DNA of 63,011 bases, the filler included, from Asterionella formosa (taxonomy: Eukaryota), in assembly GCA_002256025.1 (NCBI GenBank). It is 10 parts of 10 records of this genome, joined end to end, with 100 filler letters (N's around TTAATTAATTAA, not from the genome) between each part and the next. Parts side by side here need not be neighbours in the genome. Positions count along the whole stretch, not along the records: positions 18,960 to 25,177 come from NKIB01012784.1; positions 25,278 to 31,495 come from NKIB01012785.1; positions 31,596 to 37,807 come from NKIB01012786.1; 7 more parts are not named here. One strand, 5' to 3'. The notes under the pieces were generated by a model that ran no database searches, was not told the DNA's origin, and was given only the letters and a program-made list of their open reading frames with translations. The translations under genes were made by a program, and so were the position numbers. Positions 23,051 through 35,981 of this stretch are shown in pieces. Every line of letters begins with the position of its first letter. The stretch's first letter is position 1.

Positions 23051-25051
23051 AAGGAAATAATTACATGAAATTAATTTAATGTAGACAAATAAATAATTTA
23101 TTTATTAGTTGGATTTAATTTGTGTTTCACCTTCTGAAAGTAGATGAAAAAAGTGATCCTGCTTTCTCTTGCATATCTTAATTTCTAGCTGAGCCTGAAC
23201 TACTACATCAGAAATTTCGGAGCCATAGGCATGATCTTTCAACTCTTGGTCAGGGTTCAAAAACTGTATCAGTGATACACAGGTGGTGATCAAACAAAAA
23301 AACCGTTTGTGATACAAAGAAATGATACAAACCACCATTTTCGAAACAAAACCCGGAGATGATACACCAATGACGACCAATGACAGAACAATAAGAACGG
23401 CCCTAAGTGAGTATATGAACATCAGAGTTGGTTGCAACAGGAAGAGCTATGCGGTCTACCCTTCTAGCAAATGAGTAGTCTGCTACCTAAAAATTGAAAG
23501 TCAATGTTTAATAAATCCTTCTTCCGACTAAAATTATCGAACTTTATTAAATGATAAAATTCGAAACAAGTTCAACATTATTGTAGTCGATAGAATGGGG
23601 GGGGGGGAGATAGCCATCATTTTATCAGTTCTGAAGTAGAACACACAGTTATGGAGATCTAAGCCATTTTATTTTACCCATTTTTTCTCATATCGTTGTC
23701 GTTCAGTTTTTATTTTTTAATCTATACATGAAGATTTTTAACCCCAAAACCGTGTTTTATTTTATTACTTTTGCTGATATTATAATTACCGGTAGTACCT
23801 TAAGTGCCCATCATAACAGTAGTATATTCATCAAGAATTCGTTCAGACCTTGCATATCAATCACTTCAAGTTCTCATCTGTCTGATGGTCCTCCTCTTCT
23901 TGTTTCAACTCATTTCATAGGCGATTGTGGTGATTTCACGAAAAAATCTCTCATTAACTGTTTCAGGTAGTCACGCCGAGAGGTCACAGCTGATGTTCTC
24001 CATTTAGGTAGAGGAGTAAGCACAATGATGTTGTTACATATTTTGTACCAGCCAACAAACAAATCTGTTTGGACACTAAATGAATCTATCGACGGAAATA
24101 CTTTTTGATATCTGTATACATAGCTATATAAAAGATGATGCCAGCTGAATGGAGTAAAAATAAATTTAGCTTTTCATTCCATCATATCTCATCGACAGCA
24201 ACAGCTTTTGGGACTAAATATGGAAGTAATGCATGGTAATTGATAAGTTCAAAGCACAATCATTATTGATTAGTGTCTAAATCGCTACAAAATCGCATCA
24301 ATAATTATGTTCATATCTAGCATATTTAGTCCAAAACGTGAATTTACTCGATTTAAGATTGACTCTCAGTTTTAAGGTTGTAGTCTTAAAGCACTTGATA
24401 TAATGTCTAAGTGAGTTTAGTTTTATAGTCAACACATTGATGTATTCTGAATACAGCTGGTTCAAAGCAATTGTATCTAGTAGGTGGTTCCATGATGAAT
24501 TGGAGTGATTTTTGAACTAGAATCTTTATCTAGATTTCGCACACCTGATGTCGAGAGAAACAGCCTAACAGACACATTCTGACAGCCTGCCTTCTAATGC
24601 TTTTACCAGTATACCGGTACTCCCAGAATGACATGTACTCCTTCAGCCATACATCGGTCATTCCTTGGCCTATCGTGATACAATAATAGATCACGGCAAT
24701 CGATTGCATGGAGATGCCTTTCATAACATTCCTATAACACATAAGATTGCCGCACAATCGCGAACAAGGAGAGAAGCGAGGGCTAGAACGTATGATGTGG
24801 TCGCGAAAGCATGTCTGTGACACGTAAGGACACAAGCTGCAAACCGGGCGAGCTTGTTATCCTAAAAATTTTGCGAGCCCCATCTCCAGATGGGAACAGT
24901 CTTGAGTGAATAATGCGATGATGTGGGATCCAGCTTTTCTTTGCTGATTTCCAGGTTTAGTGAGGCGGGATCAACATATGGGATGGCGAAAATGATAACA
25001 AACCCATCTCACCGAAAGGACACAAAACAATCAACAGCACAACCTCAAAAG

Positions 25052-25141
25052 ATGAAGCTCCTTGCAACTCTTGCTTTTGCGACCGCCCTTGTGGCTCCTG
25101 TTGCCTCTGTCTCTCTTGATCTCCACGATCTCTTGGACTCG
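25052..25141 (+). CDS. First exon of a secreted protein (rest lost at gap)
   Basis: A-rich leader, MKLLATLAFATALVAPVAS signal peptide, GTAAG donor at 25142. Confidence 0.55.
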
Positions 25142-25461
25142 GTAAGCTGAATTTGTTGTATTTGTTGAATCATTAAGNNNNNNNNNNNNNNNNNNNNNNN
25201 NNNNNNNNNNNNNNNNNNNNNTTAATTAATTAANNNNNNNNNNNNNNNNNNNNNNNNNNNNNNNNNNNNNNNNNNNNTAACGGACAATGACGCACGATAT
25301 TCTGCGCTGAATTGTGCTCCACCATAACCTCTCCCTCCATCAGCGATCCATCCTAGGCATCTATCTGCCTCTCCTTACCACCATGATGTTTGGTCATTTC
25401 TTGTCCCGGTTGTTCTGTTCCAATAGTTTGTCAACGTAGCACACGAAGCGTTAAAGTGAAG

Positions 25462-26414
25462 ATGAAAGTATTCCTCCTTCCCGCCACTGTCGCCTTGATG
25501 CTATGCACCGATGCTTTTGCATTCAACATTCATACCCAGCAAGCTCCTGTTCGAAATTCTGCCCTCTTCATGGGCCGAGCTGCCGCAGTCCGGGCTGTTA
25601 CCAAAGCAAAGACAGATGGAAGAAAGGCCAAAATAAATGCTATTTTCGGAAAGAGGATCATCATGGCGGTCAAGAATGGTGGAGGCCCAGATACTGAAGC
25701 CAACACTTTGCTCCGTGATGTTGTCAAGCAGGCCAAGTCCAACAGCGTCCCCGTGGAAAACATTCAACGGGCGATCAAGCGAGCATCAGAAGGGTTGGTT
25801 GGGGATTTCGTTGAATCAACGTTTGAAGCATGTGAGTTGCCGATTTTCTTGCTTTCACGCTTGTTTTCGTGGACCTACGGAAATCTCCTTATTTTTCTCG
25901 CTAAATTTCTCGATTGCGACGGTACTAACATTCCAGAATTGGCTCTCTCACGGCAGATGGATTTGGTGGAGCGTCGTTTGTGATCAATGTGCTGAGCGAC
26001 AATGCCAACCGAGCCACCTCGGATGTCAAGTCAACTGTCAACAAGCGACAGGCAAAGATTGCCGAGCAGGGATCGGTTCTTTTCATGTACGACCGAAAAG
26101 GCAAGTGCGAAGTCAACGCCGTGCTGGACGAAGAAGCGCTTTTGGAAGCTGCCATTGAACAGGGATGTGAGGATATGGAGCTTGTTGCCGGCGATGAGGA
26201 AGGATCCAGCATTGTCTTTACGGACCCCAAGCAAACAGGTATGATGGCGGAGGCTATCCGGTCACTTGGACATGATGAAGTCAAATCATCGCTAGTGTAC
26301 GTAAGTAAAGCCCCGGTGGAGGTTTCGGACGAAGATTTCGAAAAGAATATGGAAATAGTTGATGCATTGGAAGAACTTGACGACGTGGACTCGGTGGAAC
26401 ACAACATGATCTAG
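25462..26414 (+). CDS. yebC: Plastid-targeted YebC/PmpR (TACO1) family protein; intron 25832-25956
   Basis: Presequence ...TDAFAF; GGPDTEAN..L, NSVPVENIQRAI; splicing restores EAYGFGGASFVINVLSDNANR; C-terminus LEELDDVDSVEHN; TACTAAC branch site. Confidence 0.9.
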
Positions 26415-26623
26415 ATTGATGGTAATACTCATGTCTCTGATACTATCCAGCATGTTAAAACTAATTGTAAAAGAACTACCGGTATTACCCCAGCAATATG
26501 GTAACCAGGAACATAATGCACAGACACTTCCATGATCAAAGTGCTGATGTGTACTCTTTCGTGCCGCAAGCAACAAGAAAATAATATTTTCAAGTTAGAT
26601 AGTCGGGAGGATGATCTTTGCCT

Positions 26624-27871
26624 CTATGCATACTGTTGCTTGTGTCCTTGTACCTTGGTAATAATTACCCTGCCACTCTCCTCGGCTGGTGGTACAACGG
26701 GTCCTTTGTGAGCTGGCTTACCACGGAAACCAAGTTTGTTGAAAAGTTCCATGTCGGCATCGTATTCAGGGTTTGCCGTGGTGAGAAGCTTATCACCATT
26801 GAAAATGGAGTTTGCTCCAGCCTGGAACATGAGGAACTGCTCGGCGTCGCTGAACGAAAGGCGACCAGCAGAAAGCCGAACCATGGTTCTAGGCATGACG
26901 ATGCGAGCAGTCGCAATCATTCGAGTCATGTCAAAGGCATCGACCTGATCCATGTCAGAATCATCCCGATCACCGAGAGGAGTTCCCTCGACAGATACCA
27001 ACGCGTTAATCGGTACAGATTCAGGGTGCTCTGGGAGGGTTGCCAAGACATGAAGAAGACCAACGCGATCAGAATCTTTCTCCCCAAGCCCGAGAATGCC
27101 GCCACAACAAACACTGATTCCGGCCTCGCGAACGTTAGCAATGGTTTCTAGGCGGTCTTCGTAAGTTCGCGTAGTAATCACCTTGGGGTAATGTTCAGGA
27201 CTGGTGTCAAGGTTGTGATTGTATGCCGTCAAACCAGCCTCCTTCAGTTGTTTGGCCTGTTCGGCATTGAGCATACCAAGAGTGCAGCAAACCTCCAAAC
27301 CCATCCCGTTGACGCCTTTCACCATGTCGAGGATGTGGTTGAATGCGTTCGTTTTGTTTCCTAGCTCTCTCCAGGCAGCTCCCATGCAGAAACGAGTGGA
27401 CCCAGCATCCTTTGCTCGCCTGGCAGCCTCCAGGACCTCCTGAACCTTCATAGTTGGTGTTGGTTTGACAAAGGTTTTGTGTTTCGTCGACTGGGAGCAA
27501 TAAGAGCAATCTTCCGTACACCCTCCGGTCTTGATGGAAAGAAGAGTGCACTGCTGGACTTCCGCAGGGTCCCAGTACATTCGATGGACGGTTGATGCCT
27601 GATACATGAGCTCATGAAAGGGGAGGTTGTAAATGGCGGAAATCTCTTCCTTGGTCCAGTCATGGCGAACAGTCGCGGACACTCCACCCATGGATCGTGA
27701 ATCTTCTTCATAATATAAGGCATTACGCTCATTGACATCATTTGGCAACCTCGCAGCAGCCGAGTACTTGTCAACGACGACATTCTGCGGCGACAAAGAC
27801 AAGGCTCGAACGATGACGGCTCGACGAGCCATCAACGTTGAAGATCGAAACAACCGCGTTGATAGAGACAT
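26624..27871 (-). CDS. BIO2: Biotin synthase (radical SAM), probable mitochondrial presequence
   Basis: CTEDCSYC (CxxxCxxC), RFCMGAAWR, YNHNLDTS, PESVPINAL, VRLSAGR, GANSIFNGDKLLT. Confidence 0.96.
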   Translation of the reverse strand: MSLSTRLFRSSTLMARRAVIVRALSLSPQNVVVDKYSAAARLPNDVNERNALYYEEDSRSMGGVSATVRHDWTKEEISAIYNLPFHELMYQASTVHRMYWDPAEVQQCTLLSIKTGGCTEDCSYCSQSTKHKTFVKPTPTMKVQEVLEAARRAKDAGSTRFCMGAAWRELGNKTNAFNHILDMVKGVNGMGLEVCCTLGMLNAEQAKQLKEAGLTAYNHNLDTSPEHYPKVITTRTYEDRLETIANVREAGISVCCGGILGLGEKDSDRVGLLHVLATLPEHPESVPINALVSVEGTPLGDRDDSDMDQVDAFDMTRMIATARIVMPRTMVRLSAGRLSFSDAEQFLMFQAGANSIFNGDKLLTTANPEYDADMELFNKLGFRGKPAHKGPVVPPAEESGRVIITKVQGHKQQYA

Positions 27872-30740
27872 GCTTGGGTTTTTCTCTGTTGACAGAAATC
27901 AGGGCACGAAACGGAGTATGGCTTTCGCTGTTGACTTCTATAGACAACACAATTTGACAAAGCAATGGAACAACTTGTCGGCTTGAGGATGCTGAAATCG
28001 TCAAAGTGGGATGTACTACGCAGTAAAGAGAAAAACGCGAACCGCAAAAAGTGCTTTTTACATGCGCACGCGCACATCAACTCGTGATGTCTGTACGAAT
28101 TGTCCATATGTAGCTCTCGGTATATGAGTAGGCGTGAGTAGGTGATAGGTGTACATACTACCAGGTATGGTACACAATGGAGTACCAGGTTCTGGAATGG
28201 TACCTGGTAGCAGGTACATATCTCATGTACAGCAGACCACTGCCAACAAAGTACCGGTACCTGGTACTAGGTACCCCCTGGTACCACATGTCGTACCCGG
28301 TATTTTGCTTGCTTATGATTTATGGGCGGTACTACCGGTAGGCAATTCTTCCCTTTCTGGATCATGTTGGTGCAGATGGACGACATCACCCCCCCCCCCA
28401 CGGAATCAAGCACCTAGGGTAACAGGTAATCTGGTACCTGGTAGTGTACATAGTAGCACGACAAAGATATGAAAATTGAGGAGTGCGTGACGTCGGCAAT
28501 ACGTCAGACCCGTCCAATAATACGTACGCACGGAGGCTCCTCAAGAAAAACCTCATGATGATAATCAGTATGGTGATCATCAGCCTGGCTCGGTAAAAGA
28601 AAATCACGAGGACGCGAAGACAACAACATCAAGCAAAAGGCAACAAGGACCCAAGAACCACCACTTGCACTGGGCTGCCTTCCGAGGCCTCGTCTGACTG
28701 GGTGAGAGGAGTGTCCTGACTTGTTAGTACCTGGTACCTGGTACCATGATACTAAGTACTTGGTACTTAGTATTTGCAAAAAATATGCCAGGTAGTAGTT
28801 ACCATCAGAAAGGCTCAGTAAGTTCGACCCAGTGCTGATTTCAAGCAATTTCAATCTAGTTTCAAATGTCTTAGGAAAAGGCTTGTTTGAATGGTATTGT
28901 TTCAAATATGTGTAAACTTTAATTAGCTGTTATCATCAACCTGTTCTAAATTTTTGTAATTTTAGTCAGCACTCAAAAACCCATTTTAGTCAAATCAAGG
29001 GATTGACTGAGTGGTAAAGCATGTTGTTTTTAGATCTGAACTTATATGAATTAATTCCCGCAGATTTTTTGAGAAGCAATTGTTGGTTTTGACTGCCACA
29101 TTTCCACGTGGCCTTGCCTGGAGTTCAAGAAATAGGGATTTCCCCCGCCCTACAAGCAGCTTGTGCCACCTTCCTAGTCAGAATTTCCCCTAACACTGCA
29201 GCAAAGATGGCCATCTGACAACTATATAGCAAACGTTCACTATATCCACAAGCACTACTAATGTAGAAATAAAACTAGCTCAATGGATGTGACCTATGGG
29301 GGTAATGCAACATTGTTAACTAATCCAGATGTATGATTCAGTTATAGACATCTAGGACTAACATTTAGCCTAGCGAGAGGCATTACCTCTTCAGACCACA
29401 TACTACAATGTTGATCTTGACATAGGGACGCATACAATGTTTCCCTAATGGTTAGAGTGTCAAGCGACTAAACTAGTAAACCTTATTGTTCTCTAGTGAC
29501 TGGTAACCCATAAGTAATATTTACTTATTATCAAAGCCAGCATTAAATTTGGCAACGATTACTGAATGAAATAGATTAACCTTCGTTCAAAGCCAAGGAG
29601 GGTTACAAGACCTAATGGTCTATACAGTCTCAAGGATTCTCGAATGAACTCGACAGGATTCTCAAATGACCCTTTCCAAGATTGGATCAAACAAGCGAGC
29701 AGATCTAGTTTAACAACAATCAGCTTACTCTCTCTATATTCCCTGAACATGCTTGGACTTAATCATCCAAGAAGTTGCATAGGTCACCATGATCTTTTGC
29801 AAATAGTGCCTGGGGACTCACCTCTGCTAACAAAACTAGGGTAGCACAGGTCGTGTCAGCAGATGGCACAGCAATGAATATTTGCCTAGAAAAAGGGAAG
29901 TATGAATTGGCTATAAAACAGATTATCATTTTATTTTAGTCAATGCATACTCAAAGTACTACATACTAGTCCCATTTCCGCAGTTCAGCAATTCCATATC
30001 GGTTTTAGCAACTGGAAGGTGGTTTGTTGAAACCTGTTCAATGGGAAGACATTTTGTTTTGATGATCAATCAGCAAATCACCAACCGACAAAAGAGTCAC
30101 TTTAAAAATTACAATGGACTCCTTTTGACATTTTTGTGCTTCTAATGACCAGGAAACAGAGAATCAGACAAAATAAACTAGTGGTAAATAATGACTGTGA
30201 CCATGTAGGGGTGTAGTGCTGGGTAGGCTACTAGTCAGGGATACCAGTTGCATTTGTTTTATGTATATACTTCTTGGTATGCGCAAGGATCATTCAACAA
30301 ATCCAAGTCATGTTAGTAAATTTCATCATTTCCTTTTCCCTCTTAGCAAGAACTTAAAGACAGTTTGCTGATACCTGTTCAGCAGTTCAGCGAGTCCAGT
30401 AAAGTTTCAGCAACTGGAACATGATTTGGCACAATCTATCAGCGAAAAGCCATCTTTTATTAAGAATAATTGCATCATAAATTACTCCAGCAGCTAGAAT
30501 CAAAGCTGGCCTATCTCACCAAACAGGCATGGTACGAACCATTGGAAAGGAATCGAAATTGAAAAGTGTACTAGTACCAGACCTTCCCGATAGACTGTAC
30601 TTGATGTAGATTACATAAAAATTCTCTAAGCTACGTGTACATATTTGTGGACCCCCCCCGATTCAATGCACCACATTCGAAGCAACATTGCATATTAGCA
30701 TACACATACATGTTTTGTAGTTGGTTGGTTTCTAAAATAA

Positions 30741-31435
30741 TTAGTCGGCGCCAGCAGAACGCTTAGCCTTGTGCTTAGCAATAGAAGCACCAGTACCTCT
30801 AACCTTCTTGCCCTTGTTCTTGAGCTCCTTAATTGCCTTACGGGACCTTTCCTTCTTTTCTGCAAAACCTGCCTTGACAAGTCTGTGCTTTGGCTCGAAC
30901 TTTCTCATGGACTCTTCATTATCGTAAATCAAGCAAAAGCCAGTTGATTTTCCTCCTCCAAACTTGGTCCTGAATCCAAACAAAGACGTTAACTTGGCAT
31001 CAGCCTTGTACATTCCTCCAACAACGTCTTGAAGCTCTTTCTTAGGAACATTGGCACGTCCGGGGTGGATAACATCGACGATGAACTGAACGAAGGAATG
31101 AGAGACTGCGTGAGAAGTTGGTACGGTAATGAATATCTAATGAAAAGTATATGTTATCGAACCAACGAAAACACAGAGCCAACCCAACATTGCGCTTTTA
31201 GAGGTCTCGGCATCAAAAGCGGCGAACGTGTGCAATAAGCCGCCTTGTGCTTTCGACAATAAAGTTGGGTTATGGGCTAGCACTCGTCCTCGTCGCGACC
31301 CTCATCGTTCCATCTCATATTTGTTCTTTGACTTGAATTCTAGTGGAACGCTACAGACACACACACCTGTCGTCGAGCAAGAAGCGGATTACGCTTGAAT
31401 TTGCGTGTCTTCACTACAACAGCTCCGTCAACCAT
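30741..31435 (-). CDS. RPS24: 40S ribosomal protein S24 (eS24); intron 31086-31366
   Basis: Exon 1 [23 protein letters not shown], exon 2 FIVDVIHPG...[20 protein letters not shown]...FEPKHRL; phase-0 GT..AG intron. Confidence 0.95.
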
Positions 31436-31829
31436 GGTGAATTGATTGTTTTTGTTATAAACTACCCGAGACGATGATGCGCAAGACGATCAATTNNNNN
31501 NNNNNNNNNNNNNNNNNNNNNNNNNNNNNNNNNNNNNNNTTAATTAATTAANNNNNNNNNNNNNNNNNNNNNNNNNNNNNNNNNNNNNNNNNNNNACAAC
31601 CATGACCCCATTTTCACAGCCATCAACTTTGCATTTGTCCCTCCTGCTCAAAGATTGTTGTACATCAACTCCATCCAGATTGGGTACAATGTCTTTCTCT
31701 CCTTTCTGGGAAACAAGAGTGTTGATGAAGCACCAGGAAAGTTGGAGTAAACATGTCATGCAACAACAAGCAAAGTTTGTATGGATCATTCCTAGGATAG
31801 AATGTAACATGGCCAGTATCAATGGCCTG

Positions 31830-34190
31830 GGTAAGAAAAAGTTTATTAGGAAAACTGTAATGTTACTCTCATGGCATTTATGTAAAATCTATTGCTTACA
31901 ATGATTCATGTATCCACAAGTTTGATGTGTTAATCATTTTCATAGCACATTCTTACTAGTCTATTTCCACAGTCACTGTCATTGTACTCCATGGCCCATG
32001 TAAGGTGGGGCGCTGGATTGTTTTTGGTGGTGGTCACTCCCTTGTGTGGAAGTACGTAGGTTTAAAAAATATTTGGTAGCGTTTTTCTTTGAGCATTTAT
32101 CCATAGCTGCACTGTTCATGTCAGCTCGAGAATTGGATGGGAAGTGTAGAATGTGCTAGAACCTTCCATTGTGGTCTGCACTTCTTGGTTGCTGCTGTTG
32201 TTGTGTTCTTGGTTTTTGTGTTATAATATGTGTGAATTGAGCGAATGTTAGCCCGATGCCGCAAATTTCTTTGATTCTTTGAACGGATAGTTGGCTCTCT
32301 CTCGAAATCGTAGTTTTTATGATTCAATCTAACTTGCTTGCAGTAGTTCCTCCAGACTCTTGTTGAATAAATGTTCATCCCTCCTTGAGATTTCATCCCT
32401 TTTTTGTAATATTCTTCGATTTTTTCATTGTATTCTGATTGAGAAATTTTAGTGTTCCTGCCATTGTGTAATGCAGCATTTCTTTCCTTCCAGCAGGCGC
32501 CGTCCATTTGGAGCGATATTTGTGTGATGGCCCTTTTGATCCTAATGTTACATTCTGCTTTTGTTGGACTTGGATCAATTGTAGCACTTTTTTACTGCAC
32601 TTCGCCATCCTTTGCTTAAATATCCATGTTACATCATTATCTTGCCCATTTTGTTTTTTCATTCTATTGCCTGACATAGCCTTTTTCTTTTTGTATCCCA
32701 TGTGCTCAGATTGAACCTTGGCTGAAATGGATCTTTAGCTAACGATAAAAGAAGGTTTTTTGCATACTCCAACCATACTGTTGATACTGTTTGTCCCAGC
32801 CACTTTTGATTGCTTTATCTTAGATGCCATCACTGTGATTTGAAGTTCTCTAGCTATTGTATGCGCTTTTAGGATGTTTGCACACAATCATGTGTTCATT
32901 GACTCATTCTCTCCACATTGAGGGCATGTCTTGATCCCTTGGCGCATTAGGTTCCTTCTCTCTCCGGTTGGGAGCCACCCATGGATGTATTTTGTGATCC
33001 TTGTCTGTGTTTGAATTTACTGGCTATTGAAGGCTGATGATATCTTGTCCAAATCCTCCAATTTTTCTCTTTGCTGGTCATACTTTTTTACGAAGTATGC
33101 TTTGTAGTTTTTTTGTCGCATATGTTCGGGGCTGATTTTCTGTGGATCCTGTTTCCTTGAATGAGTAGACTTGCTTGCATGGTTGAATAATGATGGGTGA
33201 TTCTTTGCCCTGGCCCCCAGTTGCTACCAACGTGCATCTTTGCAGAAAATTTGATGCCATAGCATCCCCTGTGACATTCATTTCTGCTGATATTGTTAGT
33301 TTCTTCTTTGCCATTCCATTGTCTTGATGTGCTTTGATTCACTTGATTTTTACTGTCACCAGTAGGGTATCTATAATGTCTGACAATAGAGAATCTGTGT
33401 CTGCATTTGCCAGTGCTGGTCTTCCCTTGTGAGTGCTCCATGACAAAAACTTTATTCTTGAAATTGCTGCTGCACTATCTGTCCATATATTCACTCCCGA
33501 TGTCGTGTCGATCCTGTGGTACTTAATGAATTCAGTGAGAAACTTTAGCGCTGATGCTAATCCAAAGAGTTCAGCTCGAGTAGAGCTACTTTGTTAGATA
33601 TCTCTGTTGACTGGACCGGAACATGCTGCTGTTTTTGTTGGAATTGATTTTTTCTTGGTGTGTGTTTTCAGCGTCTATGAAAACAAGCATCTTAAATCAG
33701 ATTCCATTGACCCATCTGTTCCGATGCTGAGTCTAAGTCCCAGACTCAGGTGCCTTCTTAGTCTATTTTCGGAGCTTTCTGTTATAACCACATTGTTAAG
33801 TAGTCGCTGCTCGTGTTTTTGTAGCGCTCTAGTATGTCTGCTGAAAGTTGTCTCTCTTTGTCTTTTCGCCCTGGCATCCGTTTGAATTGCTATTTGCCTA
33901 TACTTGATTCTTCCCATTACGTTGTTCTTGACATCACATGCTGGTATACTATCTTTTGGGTTGGGTTCTTTTTTCCTCCTTTCTATCATATTGTAGAGTC
34001 AGCAGGCTGGTTGAGGTGTTTTGATGCAATAATCATTTGCTCTTTTCTTTTTGAAAATCCCAGAGCATTTTTGCTTCCACCAGTGGGATGTATGTCATCC
34101 AGCCAGTCTTTCTCTGACGGGTGCTTTTTCCATTGTCCCAATTGTTGCCTTAGATTTAGTTTCTTTTTGATCTGTTATTACATCTACAAC
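31830..34190 (-). mobile_element. Degenerate non-LTR retrotransposon 3' part with RNase H and Zn-finger-like domains
   Basis: Minus-strand motifs IGTDGS, SSTRAELFG, IKAHQD, MNVTGDAMA (RNase H), then KYIHGWLPTG, CPQCG and WKERNAALH; many frameshifts. Limits approximate. Confidence 0.75.
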
Positions 34191-34619
34191 GCCGATTACT
34201 GGTACTACAGCCGCTACAAAAAAACCTAGTCAAATATGATCACCCCAATTAATTATTTGGGAGGCCCAATTTGACGAATGTAGCTACGTAGTATATAATT
34301 TAAGGGTATGCCATCACATTAAAAATACCGATATGATGCATCATACAATATATATAAATGGAGTGAACTAAAATTGTTTCGACAACTTCCATAATTATTT
34401 TAGAAACCCACTTAAATTTTTGGGGCCAACTGACAATATTTTCTGATGACACAAAGAAAAATTTGATCAGTAATAATCTCTATAATGCGCTACTTGTCTC
34501 TACAATTCGCAACATTTCCATTCACAAATATTCTTCAATCCAAATAGCATTAATTCCAATTGTTTGCTCCCATTTTATCTTTACTTTGATCACATTAATA
34601 CCTCAAGGGTAAACAAATA

Positions 34620-35485
34620 TAGTAGGCAAAGAAATCTTAAAGTACGCTTTTATTGAAACTCGAATCTAATGGAGTACTTGGAATCACACTAGGGCCCATG
34701 ATATGCGCCCCAAGGGAATGATGAATGAGGGTGAGTCCATTGAGAAACTCTTAGGGGTTGCAGTTTGGAGGTAAAACAACCGTGGAGATTGTGAACTAGA
34801 GAAAGGAGCCCATTCTGGGGCTCTTAGAGGGTTTGTAGTCATGTGAAGAAAAGTAGTGGGAAAAGCGAGCAGACTGGAAGGCCAATTTGGGAGAGTTATT
34901 TTGAAAACAGAATCCGGGAGTTGGTAGAATCAATATGAGGAGTGTAGTATCTCAATGAAGACATGATAAGAGGAGAGCAAGAGTGAAGGGTCTTGGAGGA
35001 CACAGAAAGTATTTTTGGCAAACTGTGTGCCATTTCGGTTAATTTTAATTGAGAAGCCTGGCAGTCGATTGCCAGGATGAAATGTAGTAGGCAGAACAAG
35101 GTTGAAGCACATCTGATGGAATCCATTAACCAGAGTGCATGCAGAGTAAGTCAAGGTAGGATCAGTAAGATGATACTGTTATGAGGGGAGTGGGAAATTG
35201 CAGCTGGAAGGAGCACTTCTACTTCTTGTTTTGCATGGTAACGACAGAGAGAGGGATGAGTGTAATGAGTGAGAGAGGAGGAGGGACAGAGGTGGGATGG
35301 TGCTTGAAGTAGGCGCCTAATATATAGGACGCATTCATGTCCAGAAGTCAAGCTTTGACTTCTTGTTTGCGCATTTGGGAGCTTTGTTTTGTGGATTGTT
35401 GACAGGAGCGAAGCGGTTAATGTTATCCATAGAAGGGCTGCGCGGAGGGGCAGCAGTGCATGCTGCCATGTCAACAGACACCATT
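34620..35485 (-). mobile_element. Diverged copy of the GAGCC/GGCTC stem-loop retroelement family
   Basis: AAGGAGCCCAT...GGCTCTTA at about 34803-34826 and a related 3' end; bounded on its 5' side by the GTCTGC repeat. Confidence 0.45.
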
Positions 35486-35981
35486 GTCTGCAAATAAAAA
35501 CCATCATATTTCCATGATGCATCATAGGATTATGATCATCTGATCATAATTTTTCGTTATATCATCTAATAATTGTGATAAATGCCCTCGTAATTTAAAT
35601 AGTAACCCTTTTGACTATGGAAATTTAATTATGATATGTATTGTTTCTTTTAGGTTCCTTTATTTAAATTTCTTGATAGGAGAATGTACCAGTGAAAGTA
35701 ATGTTGTTTGGCTCATCATCCTCTCCAGTCCTCACTCTGATTCTTGCAACAACGACAAAGCAGCCATGTCGAGAGGAACGAGATTTTGTGATAAAATCTT
35801 CATTTGTCGTTCAAGTCATCATATGTCTTCGATGAATCATCATCTACATTGCACAGTATGTTCGTACTATGCAATCCGTTAAGAGCTTGAAAAGAAATCC
35901 AATGAAAACGAAATGGCTCATCACACAAGACGAATATTTCCGGCCGGTCTGTCACCAGAGCATCGGTCAGTGTTACAACCT
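35486..35981 (+). repeat. GTCTGCAAATAAAAA repeat family copy 2 (may extend further right)
   Basis: Inverse match to 12641-13136 over 496 bp. Confidence 0.8.

Noticed and set aside
25462..27871. yebC plus biotin synthase as a bacterial operon or recent horizontal transfer
   Set aside because: Genes are convergent, yebC has a spliceosomal intron, and both have organelle-targeting presequences.
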